Assembly (NCBI GenBank): GCA_900771425.1
Contig: CAAGNV010000032.1
Span: 882-64,881 of the forward strand
Reading direction: 5' to 3'
From: Bacteroidaceae bacterium
GTDB taxonomy: Bacteria > Bacteroidota > Bacteroidia > Bacteroidales > Bacteroidaceae
Length of the DNA: 64,000 nucleotides
The translations under genes were made by a program, and so were the position numbers. Shown here piece after piece: positions 46,231 to 58,042 of this stretch; positions within the stretch are counted from its first letter, which is position 1; each line of letters opens with the position of its first letter. The notes under the pieces were generated by a model that saw only the letters and a list, made by a program, of their open reading frames with translations, made no database searches and was not told the origin of the DNA.

Positions 46231-47094
46231 ATGAACAGAACTTTGCTATCAAACACACTCAAACTGGTAGGCCTCGTTGCAATGAGTGCCATCGCTGTAT
46301 GCAGCTGTGACCAGGCCGCTACCAAGCAACAGGCGTCCGCATCCGATACGCTGCAAGTTGCTAAACCCGACGTGGTCCGCAAGTCGCTGCCCTTTTCCGG
46401 GACATTCACGCAGATAAACAATATGGCGAGCGTAGATGTTGAATACTCGGTCGGAGAGTGCCGTGTCGAAGCCGAAGGACCAGCCGAACTCGTCAAGTTG
46501 GTGCGCATCACCGTAGATTCAGGTACGCTGACAGTGACCTACAACTACGACAACAACCCCGACATCAACGTTTTCAAACGTACCGGCACGTCGGTAAAGA
46601 TCTATGTTAGTTCCCCTTCGCTCCGCATCGTTTCCGCATGCGGCACAGGCAGCATACATGCCGTCGGCAAGGTCGAGACCGAAGAATTCATGGGTGGCAC
46701 GCTTGCTTCTGGCAACATACAGTTTGATACCCTGGTGTGCCACGGACCGTTCCGTTACGAGAGCAAGAATGTAGGCAAGGGTAAGTTCATCTGCCTCGTT
46801 ACTGAGGGAACTGCCAATTTCATCAACGAAGGTACCGGCTCGATCGAAGTTGACAACCTCATTGCTGACGATGCAGTACTTGTCAATCATAACGGTAGCA
46901 GTACTACTTCCATCCATGGCACTGCGCCTGATGTTGAAGTGTGGTCGTTTGCACAAGGTAATGTTGACCTCGATATGACCGTTGACAACATCATCATCAA
47001 GGCGTTCGACGAATCAAAAGTTCAGTTCAAGGGTACTTACGGCAGTAAGACCGTAAAGCAAGACCAGACTGCGTACGTTACTTTGACTGAGTGA
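46231..47094 (+). CDS. lipoprotein, possibly DUF2807/GIN-domain beta-helix
   Basis: Start set at MNRTLLSNTLKLVGLVAMSAIAVCSC (lipobox). Repetitive G-x-G-S-I strands (CGTGSIHAVG, GTGSIEVDN) resemble head GIN-domain proteins. Confidence 0.5.
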   Translation: MNRTLLSNTLKLVGLVAMSAIAVCSCDQAATKQQASASDTLQVAKPDVVRKSLPFSGTFTQINNMASVDVEYSVGECRVEAEGPAELVKLVRITVDSGTLTVTYNYDNNPDINVFKRTGTSVKIYVSSPSLRIVSACGTGSIHAVGKVETEEFMGGTLASGNIQFDTLVCHGPFRYESKNVGKGKFICLVTEGTANFINEGTGSIEVDNLIADDAVLVNHNGSSTTSIHGTAPDVEVWSFAQGNVDLDMTVDNIIIKAFDESKVQFKGTYGSKTVKQDQTAYVTLTE

Positions 47095-47174
47095 TACCGC
47101 AGTGATGGGCAGTATTGCTTATGAATCTATATTGTATCGGCAATTAATCTATTCTGCTTTGCAACCATAATCTA

Positions 47175-47285
47175 AGTTAACGTTATCGACGCAGCAGTTT
47201 ACTACCACGTCGGTGTGGTACACTACCGCGACGGCGTAGATTACTGCACCGACGGTGTAGTAAGAATAGATGAGGAAGGTAATAC
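47175..47285. repeat. structured intergenic repeat, family A, copy 2 (inverted relative to copy 1)
   Basis: 70 of 84 core positions are identical to the reverse complement of 10150-10232. It has local hairpins TACCAC-GTCGGT-GTGGTA and TACTGCACC-GAC-GGTGTAGTA. Confidence 0.8.
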
Positions 47286-47381
47286 AAATTATGCGGGCGC
47301 TTGTGTTGTTTATCACGGCCACATGTGCTTTTTCTCGTGAGTGCTTATTCCGATTTAATAATGAAGGAGTACCGTACGTAC

Positions 47382-48011
47382 TTACTCTATCAGCGGCATC
47401 AGTTGTGTCTCAAATATGTTTCGCTCAATCAGTCTGTAATGCGGATGGTAGGCTTTGTTGTATTGTTCGCTGTGGTGCGAAGCATATTTTCCTTCTGACA
47501 AAATCTGTTTGATGGCTGCTGAGTCTCGGCTGAACTCTGGTAGGTTAGGGTAGAGGCGTCTTGCTTCACCGCATATCACGTCCCATTCTTGTTCCCATGT
47601 TTTGACGTCAGGCAACTGAAACTGGCTGGCACTCTGCATGAAGGCATCCATAAAGGTGTCGAACGGTACGCTGCCGTCGTTTATCACGCTTAGGCTTACG
47701 CGGTAGAAACGCCCGTGATGTCCGGTCTGTTCGTATGGCGGACAAAGCGTGGTGTCGTTCCTTGCCTCTTCGCATTCAGCCGCAAGATATCGCCTCATAG
47801 CTTGCTCTGCGTTGCTGTCTCCATCCATCAGATGGCCTGGACCGAATGCGTCCTGGAAGAAATTTTTGTAGATGTCCTTCAGTGACGACTGTGGGTATAT
47901 GTCCATCTGTGAGTGAATTGCCTTGTCGATGGCTTCGATGTCGTGACGGTGTGAGCACGAAACTAGTGAGGCTGCAGTGATTACGGTTGCTATAAGCGTG
48001 GTTCGTTTCAT
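47382..48011 (-). CDS. hypothetical lipoprotein
   Basis: 209 aa with lipobox AASLVSC. I recognise no motif. Confidence 0.5.
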   Translation of the reverse strand: MKRTTLIATVITAASLVSCSHRHDIEAIDKAIHSQMDIYPQSSLKDIYKNFFQDAFGPGHLMDGDSNAEQAMRRYLAAECEEARNDTTLCPPYEQTGHHGRFYRVSLSVINDGSVPFDTFMDAFMQSASQFQLPDVKTWEQEWDVICGEARRLYPNLPEFSRDSAAIKQILSEGKYASHHSEQYNKAYHPHYRLIERNIFETQLMPLIE

Positions 48012-48054
48012 GTGGCGTACGGTATGATTGAAAACGTAGTCGGCTGTTAAAGTA

Positions 48055-48082
48055 AAGTCCCGAGCGTGGTGGCTCAGGACTT
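48055..48082 (-). terminator. hairpin downstream of tRNA-Leu
   Basis: 11-bp stem AAGTCCCGAGC/GCTCAGGACTT, with one wobble pair on the minus strand. Confidence 0.4.
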
Positions 48083-48100
48083 ACGTGATTGATCGAATCG

Positions 48101-48187
48101 TGGTACCGAAAGTGGGACTCGAACCCACACAGGCGTTATGCCCAAGGGATTTTAAGTCCCTCGTGTCTACCATTCCACCATTTCGGC
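48101..48187 (-). tRNA. tRNA-Leu (anticodon TAA), CCA encoded
   Basis: Hand-folded 87-nt class II tRNA: anticodon arm AGGGA-CTTAAAA-TCCCT, long variable arm, T-arm GTGGG-TTCGAGT-CCCAC, 3' ACCA. Confidence 0.9.
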
Positions 48188-48227
48188 AACCTGGTACAAA
48201 ATGGGACGATTGCCCGTTTTGCGGTTG

Positions 48228-48235
48228 CAAAGGTA
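48228..48235 (-). promoter_or_regulatory. -7 promoter box (TACCTTTG on minus strand) for tRNA-Leu
   Basis: CAAAGGTA 41 nt upstream of the tRNA 5' end. Confidence 0.5.
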
Positions 48236-48249
48236 ATAATTTATTATGA

Positions 48250-50688
<2,439 letters not shown>

Positions 50689-50782
50689 ACCATTCAGCAT
50701 AAGAGATTGTCCGGTCAAACAACTCTTCACGTAATGTCTAAATGAAATGCACGTAATGTAAACTGTGCATACATAATTCAAC

Positions 50783-50832
50783 AAAAGAGTCATGTAAACT
50801 TACAAAAAGTAAGTATATATGGCTCTTTTTGT
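50783..50832 (+). terminator. rho-independent terminator after the esterase pair
   Basis: Stem AAAAGAGTCAT/ATGGCTCTTTT with an inner ACTTAC/GTAAGT hairpin, followed by TTTTTGTG. Confidence 0.65.
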
Positions 50833-50865
50833 GTCATTTTATTTTGTCGGATGAATAAAAAGCAG

Positions 50866-50873
50866 TACTTTTG
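50866..50873 (+). promoter_or_regulatory. -7 promoter box TACTTTTG
   Basis: TAnnTTTG match 147 nt upstream of the leuC ATG. Confidence 0.45.
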
Positions 50874-50925
50874 CAACCGAATTGCAAAGGGAAGCAACAA
50901 AATACGAATGATATCACGACAATAG

Positions 50926-50952
50926 GCCTTTCTTGCTTCGGGCGAGGGAGGC
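50926..50952 (+). promoter_or_regulatory. GC-rich hairpin in the leuC leader (possible attenuator)
   Basis: GCCTTTCTTGC-TTCGG-GCGAGGGAGGC gives 11 pairs including G-U, followed by TTGTGTTATT. Confidence 0.35.
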
Positions 50953-51019
50953 TTGTGTTATTCGTCAGTATGTCTGGCAATATTTGCAAAGGAAATATTT
51001 AATAACAACAAGATAAGTA

Positions 51020-52408
51020 ATGAACACGCTTTTCGACAAAATCTGGGATGCACACGTAGTGCAGAATGTACAGGACGGACCTACACAACTCTATATCGAC
51101 CGCCTGTACTGCCATGAGGTGACTACGCCTCAGGCTTTCGACACTCTCCGCGACAAAGGTATCAAAGCCCTCCGTCCAGAGAAAATATTTGCTATGCCTG
51201 ACCACAATACGCCAAGTGACCAGCAGGAAGTCATCAACGACCCTATAGGGCGTAAGCAGGTGGAGACTCTCGCCAACAACTGCGCCGAATTCGGAATTAC
51301 ACACTTTGCCATGGGTACAAAGGACAATGGTATCATTCATGTGGTAGGTCCTGAAAAGGGACTCTCGTTGCCGGGCATGACCATCGTGTGCGGTGACTCG
51401 CATACCAGTACTCACGGAGCCGTCGGTGCACTCGCCATGGGTATTGGCACAAGCGAAGTTGCTGAAGTACTTGCTGCGCAGTGTATCCTTCAGCAGAAAC
51501 CAAAATCCATGCGTATAAACATAGAAGGTGAACTGAAGGAAGGAGTTACAGCCAAGGATGTGGCTCTGTACATCATGGCACAGATGACTACTTCGGGCGC
51601 AACAGGCTATGCTGTTGAATATGCAGGCTCAGTGGTTCGTAACATGTCGATGGAAGGTCGTCTGACCCTGTCCAACCTGTCAATCGAGATGGGCTCGCGT
51701 GCCGGTATAATCGCACCCGACGAAACTACCTTCGCCTACCTTAAAGGACGTGAATACGCACCGAAAGGCGAGGACTGGGACAAGGCAGTGGAATACTGGA
51801 AGACTCTGAAGAGCGGTGCAGATGCCGTGTTCGACAAGGAGGTGACATACTATGCCGAGGACATAACTCCACGCATCACTTACGGTACAAATCCGGGTGC
51901 AGGCATTGCCATCGACGGCACAATCCCTACACTCGATCAAGTGCCAGAGGCAGAGCGTGCAGGATTCCTCTCACAGCTCGACTATATGCAGTTCACTCCA
52001 GGCGAGAAATTGGAAGGACATCCGGTCGATTACGTGTTCCTCGGAGCATGTACTAACGGCCGTATCGAAGACTTCCGCGCCTTTGCTTCCGTAGTGAAAG
52101 GCAAGAAGAAAGCCGACAGTGTTGTGGCATGGCTCGTACCAGGTTCATGGCTCGTGCGTCAGCAAATCATAGACGAAGGCATTGATAAGATACTTGAAGA
52201 AGCTGGCTTCGAACTCCGACTCCCTTCTTGTTCTTCTTGCCTTGCAATGAACCCTGATAAAGTCCCTGCAGGAAAACTTGCCATTTCGACATCAAACCGC
52301 AACTTCGTAGGCCGTCAGGGACCAGGTGCACGCACCGTGCTTGCCAGCCCACTCACCGTAGCCGCAAGTGCCATCACAGGCGTGATAACTGATGCGAGAA
52401 AACTATAG
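51020..52408 (+). CDS. leuC: 3-isopropylmalate dehydratase large subunit
   Basis: 462 aa with aconitase-family motifs MPDHN, VCGDSHT and Cys ligands in GACTNGR and SCSSCLAMN. Confidence 0.92.
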   Translation: MNTLFDKIWDAHVVQNVQDGPTQLYIDRLYCHEVTTPQAFDTLRDKGIKALRPEKIFAMPDHNTPSDQQEVINDPIGRKQVETLANNCAEFGITHFAMGTKDNGIIHVVGPEKGLSLPGMTIVCGDSHTSTHGAVGALAMGIGTSEVAEVLAAQCILQQKPKSMRINIEGELKEGVTAKDVALYIMAQMTTSGATGYAVEYAGSVVRNMSMEGRLTLSNLSIEMGSRAGIIAPDETTFAYLKGREYAPKGEDWDKAVEYWKTLKSGADAVFDKEVTYYAEDITPRITYGTNPGAGIAIDGTIPTLDQVPEAERAGFLSQLDYMQFTPGEKLEGHPVDYVFLGACTNGRIEDFRAFASVVKGKKKADSVVAWLVPGSWLVRQQIIDEGIDKILEEAGFELRLPSCSSCLAMNPDKVPAGKLAISTSNRNFVGRQGPGARTVLASPLTVAASAITGVITDARKL

Positions 52409-52445
52409 GGCGAAATAGTTAATTTATTCCAAAACTCATTTGACA

Positions 52446-53057
52446 ATGAAACAGAAATTCAATATAATACAGTCAACATGTATTCCCGTTGCTATCGATA
52501 ATTGCAACACGGACTTGATTATTCCGGCACGTTACCTTGCATCTACAACGCGCGACCCTAAGTTCTTTGGCGATGCGTTCATGCACGACCTTCGTTACGA
52601 TGCCGATGGCAAACCTGTAAATGACTTCGTACTCAACCAGCCTGCATTCAGCGAGGCACCACGCGTAGGAGTACACGAAATCATTGTCGGCGGTCAGAAC
52701 TGGGGCTCGGGCTCAAGCCGTGAACATGCAGCCTGGGCTATCGCAGGATATGGCGTGCGTGTGGTCATTTCTTCGTCATTTGCTGACATTCACCGTAATA
52801 ACCTGCTCAATTGTTTCGTGCTGCCAGTCATCGTAAGCGAAGCATTCCAACAAGAACTGTTCAAGTCAATCAGCGCTGACCCTCAGACTCAAGTTAAGGT
52901 CGATGTACCTAATCAGACTGTAACCAATATGGCAACCGGCAACAGCGAACATTTCGAAATCAACTCTTACAAGAAATATTGCCTGATGAATGCTCTCGAC
53001 GACATTGATTTCTTGCTCGAGAACAAACAGAAAATCGAACAGTTCGAATCGAAATAA
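52446..53057 (+). CDS. leuD: 3-isopropylmalate dehydratase small subunit
   Basis: ATG at 52446 preferred to the TTG at 52440. It has the swivel-domain motif GQNWGSGSSREHAAWA. Confidence 0.9.
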   Translation: MKQKFNIIQSTCIPVAIDNCNTDLIIPARYLASTTRDPKFFGDAFMHDLRYDADGKPVNDFVLNQPAFSEAPRVGVHEIIVGGQNWGSGSSREHAAWAIAGYGVRVVISSSFADIHRNNLLNCFVLPVIVSEAFQQELFKSISADPQTQVKVDVPNQTVTNMATGNSEHFEINSYKKYCLMNALDDIDFLLENKQKIEQFESK

Positions 53058-53090
53058 TTGCCGTCAAGGCACATAGGTTACTTGCCTCAT

Positions 53091-53135
53091 AAATTCGCAA
53101 CTTCATCTCCCCCGAAGTTGCGAATTTGTTTATTA
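53091..53135 (+). terminator. rho-independent terminator after leuD
   Basis: Perfect 14-bp stem AAATTCGCAACTTC/GAAGTTGCGAATTT followed by GTTTATT. Confidence 0.75.
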
Positions 53136-53268
53136 CGGCATTTCCGCTTCACCATTAGTATGCTGAGTATTTGTATCATGAAGATTGCAATATGTCATGT
53201 GACGATATTAACGGCAGTCGGATTTCTATGTTTTTTTGTAAATGCTTGCTCAATAATATAATTATTAG

Positions 53269-53276
53269 TATCTTTG
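53269..53276 (+). promoter_or_regulatory. -7 promoter box TATCTTTG
   Basis: TAnnTTTG match about 56 nt upstream of the ATG at 53332. Confidence 0.5.
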
Positions 53277-53331
53277 CACTCATAATAAAAAGATTGTAGC
53301 AATAATAAGTAGTAATTTTATTTTGAAAAAT

Positions 53332-55617
53332 ATGTTTAGCTTTATTTCCAAAAGACTGAAGTCGTCAAGTTGGCACATTCTCTTTACCATTTTGCTCTTT
53401 ACCGTATGCACTCAAGTGAACGCTCAGACATTTACCGAAGGTGTGAAGTATCGTATAGTGTATGGCAAGTATAACACTGGAGGTATAGGCATTGGTGCCT
53501 GTCACAACAAATCCTATATTGTGTGCTATGTAAAGGATGATATCGACCTGACCGATGATTGCTTTTGGTATATAGACAAGATGGGCAAAGGCAAGTGGCG
53601 TTTCCGCAATGCCAAGACGAATCAAGTTCTTCGCTTCACGACAGCCAAGGACTACGAAACTTATGTCCGCGTGAAGTTGGCCGATGTGGATGACAAGGAC
53701 GACAAGCAGACATGGACCGAAGGCAATGCCGGGGGCTACTTCAATTTCTCATATTCCAACGCAGAGGGCGATGCCATAATAAATTATTATCTTCGCAAGA
53801 GTCACGACGCAAGTATGATTGAAGCTGACCATTATGAAGATGAATACTATCGCTTCGCTATTGTTGATGAATTTGGAAACGAAGTACTGGCACCAGGTGC
53901 TCCTGAAGGTGGCCATATAAAGCCATCGACTGTTGTTACAGCATATATCGACAGTCTGCAAATCAATGGCAGGACAATGATTTGGGATAAGGACCAAAGC
54001 ATATATTACTCTGTATTGCCTACGGCGGACGATGACATTACTTTGACTTACAAACAGAAGAAAGCGGGATGCAACGTACAATTGATTGACAACGGTATTG
54101 CTGTCACAAATACATCTGAGCTACAGCCACGCCACAAGTACTCTGTTAATGTCGTAGCTAACGGTAAGACTGTGGCTTCTGTCCCTGCTTATTTTACCGG
54201 GCTGCCTATACTCAATATTCAGCATGAGGGTAAGATTGAGGCTGACATGGACTATGTATGGGGCAGTATGGAACTGACAAGTCCTGAAGATGAAACTGTG
54301 ACTATGACGGCTAAGTTCAAGACACGTGGTGCTTCCGCTATGCAGTATAAGAAGAAGTCGCTCAACATGAAACTGCGTCAGCAGCCATTGGTTGAAGGTG
54401 GTGAAGAAATTGAGACGGACACTGTGCTGCTTGGTCTCCGCAGTGCCAGCAGTTGGATTCTTGATGCGATGGCTGCCGACCGTGTGAACATGCGCAACCG
54501 AGTTTGCTTCGACCTTTGGAACGATTTCTCAGGACTTCCTTACGAAACTCAGTTCGGTGGCCGTAATGGTACGGTAGGCCGATTTGTAGAAGTATGGCTT
54601 AATGGACGTTACAATGGTATTTATTGCCTTACTGACCGTATCAACCGCAAATTGCTCGACTTGAAGAAACCTGACATCAATTCTGAAACAGGCGATGTCA
54701 CCATACGTGGCGTGATGTATAAAGGTAATAAGTGGAACTATACGTCGTTCTACAAATCTGCATTCGACAAGTATCTGACTGAGTATGGCGATACTCGTAG
54801 CACAGTCGAGTTCTGTAAGTGGGAACTCTCCGAACCCGAAGATTATCCAAGTAACGAAGCATGGGCTCCGCTTCTCACACTCTATGGCCAGTTTGAAGGT
54901 AACCTCAATACACAGGAGTTCCGCAACAAGATGTCACGTATGTTCTATCTCAATAACGTTGCCGACATTCATCTGTTCATCATAGCGCTTTGCCTTGGTG
55001 ATAACGGCAACAAGAACGTCTTCTATAGTGTACAGAACATAACCAAGACCGACGACCGCTCTAAGTTCGTCATCTCGCCATGGGATATGGATGCCTCATT
55101 GGGTGGTGACTTCGAAGGCACTTATTACGCAGGCAACTACGAGAACACAAGTATTGACAAAATGAAAATTACGCAGGAAGGCAACCCGTTCAAGGCTCTG
55201 TGGGAGAATAGCCAGGAGTATCGAATCCTGATGGCATCACGCTGGGCTGCAGCACGTAATGGTGCGCTTTCGGCTGACTCTGTCGAAGCAAAACTGACAC
55301 GCTATGCAAAGCTCTTGACTGAGACTGGCGCATGGGATCGTGAATACAGCAAGTGGCAGAACACAGGTTGGTACAACAACCAGTTGGTTCCTGACGTGCA
55401 GGAAGAAGTTAAGCAAATAGCGAAATGGTACCGTGAAGTACGCATTCCTGTAATCAACAGATATCTCAGCGCTTACATTCCTGTTGATATAGACGAGGTA
55501 ACGATAGCACCACGCAATGACGGTGCGGTGTACGACTTGTCTGGACGTGAGGTCACAGGTCCAACACTTCCTGCAGGTATATACATTATTGACGGAAAGA
55601 AAGTATTTAGGAAATAA
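53332..55617 (+). CDS. CotH-family (atypical kinase fold) protein with N-terminal extra domains and T9SS sorting domain
   Basis: It has a signal peptide. CotH-like blocks are KKKSLNMKL, ILDAMAADRVNMRNRVCFDLWN, NGIYCLTDRINRKLL and SPWDMDASLGG. It ends VYDLSGREV...GIYIIDGKKVFRK. Confidence 0.75.
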   Translation: MFSFISKRLKSSSWHILFTILLFTVCTQVNAQTFTEGVKYRIVYGKYNTGGIGIGACHNKSYIVCYVKDDIDLTDDCFWYIDKMGKGKWRFRNAKTNQVLRFTTAKDYETYVRVKLADVDDKDDKQTWTEGNAGGYFNFSYSNAEGDAIINYYLRKSHDASMIEADHYEDEYYRFAIVDEFGNEVLAPGAPEGGHIKPSTVVTAYIDSLQINGRTMIWDKDQSIYYSVLPTADDDITLTYKQKKAGCNVQLIDNGIAVTNTSELQPRHKYSVNVVANGKTVASVPAYFTGLPILNIQHEGKIEADMDYVWGSMELTSPEDETVTMTAKFKTRGASAMQYKKKSLNMKLRQQPLVEGGEEIETDTVLLGLRSASSWILDAMAADRVNMRNRVCFDLWNDFSGLPYETQFGGRNGTVGRFVEVWLNGRYNGIYCLTDRINRKLLDLKKPDINSETGDVTIRGVMYKGNKWNYTSFYKSAFDKYLTEYGDTRSTVEFCKWELSEPEDYPSNEAWAPLLTLYGQFEGNLNTQEFRNKMSRMFYLNNVADIHLFIIALCLGDNGNKNVFYSVQNITKTDDRSKFVISPWDMDASLGGDFEGTYYAGNYENTSIDKMKITQEGNPFKALWENSQEYRILMASRWAAARNGALSADSVEAKLTRYAKLLTETGAWDREYSKWQNTGWYNNQLVPDVQEEVKQIAKWYREVRIPVINRYLSAYIPVDIDEVTIAPRNDGAVYDLSGREVTGPTLPAGIYIIDGKKVFRK

Positions 55618-55623
55618 ATTATT

Positions 55624-57354
55624 ATGTCAACATTCTTTAGTAAACTGGCAGCTGTGACGCTGTTAGGAATTATTCTGTGCTCTAATTCGATAAACACCAT
55701 GGCACAGGATACACCTGAGTTTTCAATCAATGATGTACCAGTGCTTGTCGATGCAGAAAGCAACATTCTGTACGTCTCCCTTCTGCCTGATACGGAGAAG
55801 TCGTTCAAGGCACGAGTTACTACTGATGACTCGCTGTCATTGCAGTTTGCACTTGGCGACGGCAGTATGCATTATGCCCCACATCGTTTTAATATAGCCG
55901 ATTGGCAAAACGAGTCATACACAATGCGTATCCTGCAAGGCAAGAAAGAGAAAACCTATCAGCTGGTTTTCACTACGCTGCCACTAGTCAACATCGATGT
56001 CAGCATGAGTAAGTTGCGGGATGCACATGAGGAAGATCGCAGCAAGAAGATACCTGCCAACTTGCGAGTCATCGATCCACTCGCCCGTACTGCAGGTCAA
56101 GTAGATTATCGGCATTATATAGGTGTACGTATTCGTGGACAGCACTCATCTGAATTCAAGAAGAAACCATTTGGCGTTGAACTGCGTGACTCAACCGAAG
56201 AAACTGTTGACGAACGCATGTTTGGCATGAGAAATGATGACGACTGGGTGCTCGATGCCATGTGGGTTGACCCTGCACGTATGCGCAACCGTACTCTTAC
56301 CGACATTTGGAACTCCATTTCTGACCTGCCTTATGCTAAGGACAACGAATTCCAGGCAAATGGCTCAAGTGGACTTTTCGTTGAAGTATTTGTCAAAAGC
56401 AAATACTATGGCTTGTATTGTTTTACTGACAAGATTGACCGCAAGAAACTTAACCTGAAGAAGATGCAGGTAAGCGACGACAGCCTCACTGTCAATCATA
56501 GAGGCATGCTGATGCGTGGACGCAAGTACAACGAAGCTACGGTTCTGTATAAATATGACGCAACTGCACGTCTTGACTCTCTTAACTGGTGTGAGTGGTT
56601 GCAGGAATATCCTTCAGACGACAACTCACAAGCCAATTGGCAACCGCTTATCGATTGGTTCGATGTCGTTGGCTATGAACATCCTACACGTTGGAGTCAG
56701 CTCAAGGAAGAATATATGGAATGGCTCTATCCCGACAATATCGTTGATTTCTTTATCTTCATCAATGCCTTCTATCTTGCTGAGAACACGATGAAGAACT
56801 ACTATCTGTCGTTCCGCAACATTCAAAAGGAACATCGTGCGCTTTTCACACTTTGGGACATGGATGCCTCACTCGGTCGTAAAGGTGACGGCACTGCTTG
56901 CTTCGACGATGACACACGATATGCATTCAATGACTATTTGACCAATCGGATCGGACTCACCCGCCGATTGATGGAGGACAATGTGTTCCACTTCAAGAAT
57001 CTCATGCACGACCGCTGGGAAGAACTCAAGGCCAACCAACTGTCCGTAGAGAATGTCGAAAAACGCCTGCGCTCATACGCTAAGTTGTTTAAGAAGTCGG
57101 GTGCGATGGCACGCGAACAAGCAAAATGGGGTGAGTCGGCAGCACCAGACCTTGATGCTGAAATCGACGATATGGTAGCATGGTATGCACGTAACTTTGA
57201 GAAAGTAGAAGCAAAACTCAAGAAATTTCCAAGTGCTGTCATCATGCCACATGTGACTCCGGCTGCTACTGCTACTTACAATCTCGCAGGCCAGCAAGTT
57301 GATGAGTCATACCACGGCATTGTCATTCGTGACGGAAAGAAAACTCTGAGGTAA
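55624..57354 (+). CDS. CotH-family protein, second paralog, T9SS-like C-terminus
   Basis: It starts 6 nt after the previous stop. Equivalent blocks are KKKPFGVEL, VLDAMWVDPARMRNRTLTDIWN, YGLYCFTDKIDRKKL and TLWDMDASLG. It ends TYNLAGQQV...GIVIRDGKKTLR. Confidence 0.75.
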   Translation: MSTFFSKLAAVTLLGIILCSNSINTMAQDTPEFSINDVPVLVDAESNILYVSLLPDTEKSFKARVTTDDSLSLQFALGDGSMHYAPHRFNIADWQNESYTMRILQGKKEKTYQLVFTTLPLVNIDVSMSKLRDAHEEDRSKKIPANLRVIDPLARTAGQVDYRHYIGVRIRGQHSSEFKKKPFGVELRDSTEETVDERMFGMRNDDDWVLDAMWVDPARMRNRTLTDIWNSISDLPYAKDNEFQANGSSGLFVEVFVKSKYYGLYCFTDKIDRKKLNLKKMQVSDDSLTVNHRGMLMRGRKYNEATVLYKYDATARLDSLNWCEWLQEYPSDDNSQANWQPLIDWFDVVGYEHPTRWSQLKEEYMEWLYPDNIVDFFIFINAFYLAENTMKNYYLSFRNIQKEHRALFTLWDMDASLGRKGDGTACFDDDTRYAFNDYLTNRIGLTRRLMEDNVFHFKNLMHDRWEELKANQLSVENVEKRLRSYAKLFKKSGAMAREQAKWGESAAPDLDAEIDDMVAWYARNFEKVEAKLKKFPSAVIMPHVTPAATATYNLAGQQVDESYHGIVIRDGKKTLR

Positions 57355-57377
57355 TCAACCCTAAACTTATTACATAC

Positions 57378-57794
57378 ATGAACGACAACCAGGTCTTGGG
57401 GCAGACAGGCGAGGAATTGGCTGCAGATTACTTGATGAAGAATGGATTCCGGATTCTTCACAGGAACTGGAACTTGCACCATGGATGTGAGTTGGACATT
57501 GTCGCTCAAAAGAACGGCGTGCTGCATTTCGTTGAAGTCAAGACACGTCATAAGGTGTATGAAGGGGTAGGGGGACACCCGGAGGAGGCCGTTGATTATA
57601 GGAAGTTGCGGAATATAGGTAGGGCAATAATGTATTATATGTCTTACTTTCGATTAAATGCAAACTATGTGGTTGATGTGATAGGTATTGTCTATCGTAA
57701 TGACAGCGATTATGACTTGAATTTCATGGAGAACGTCAATGTTCCCATGTGTTCGTCTTTTTCTTTCAATGGAGGAAACAGGCATAGGCGTTGA
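57378..57794 (+). CDS. yraN: YraN-family (UPF0102) endonuclease-like protein
   Basis: 138 aa with GEELAADYLMKNGFRILHRNW, ELDIVA and HFVEVKTR motifs. Confidence 0.75.
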   Translation: MNDNQVLGQTGEELAADYLMKNGFRILHRNWNLHHGCELDIVAQKNGVLHFVEVKTRHKVYEGVGGHPEEAVDYRKLRNIGRAIMYYMSYFRLNANYVVDVIGIVYRNDSDYDLNFMENVNVPMCSSFSFNGGNRHRR

Positions 57795-57813
57795 AAGACT
57801 TTCATCTGAGTTT

Positions 57814-57821
57814 TATGTTTG
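57814..57821 (+). promoter_or_regulatory. -7 box TATGTTTG facing repeat B copy 2
   Basis: TAnnTTTG followed by TGC, 27 nt before the element at 57848. Confidence 0.4.
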
Positions 57822-57847
57822 TGCTTGGTAAGCATTTACTGTCGCTC

Positions 57848-57983
57848 TTGAAGAAGTGGAGTGTGCCTTAACCTTCGAAGCAGTGGTTCTTCGACGCCGA
57901 AGCAGTGGTCCTTCGGCCCCGAAGTGCCATATGTTCGGATGCAAAAACCCACTGCTTCTGACGTGAAAACCCACTGCTTCTGG
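57848..57983 (+). repeat. structured intergenic repeat, family B, copy 2
   Basis: Three left units (GAAGAAGTGG, then CGAAGCAGTGG twice at 22-nt spacing), a central hairpin CCCCGAA..TTCGG, and two right units CCCACTGCTTCTG 22 nt apart. Confidence 0.85.
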
Positions 57984-58011
57984 AATATATATTAGTATGT
58001 ATAGACACAAC

Positions 58012-58042
58012 AAAGGTGCACTTCGTCGTGAAATGCACCTTT
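58012..58042. terminator. bidirectional hairpin downstream of rplT
   Basis: 9-bp stem AAAGGTGCA/TGCACCTTT, T-rich on both strands. Confidence 0.65.

Noticed and set aside
39452-48187. Genomic island or prophage integrated at tRNA-Arg or tRNA-Leu
   Set aside because: There is no integrase, excisionase, phage or conjugation gene next to either tRNA. I found no direct repeat of the tRNA 3' ends. The flanking genes are housekeeping (kdsDA, ssb, aroC, slyD).
50910-50927. Leader peptide for leucine attenuation upstream of leuC
   Set aside because: The only mini-ORF encodes MISRQ with no Leu codons, so the classical leu attenuator model does not fit. The hairpin itself is kept as a low-confidence finding.
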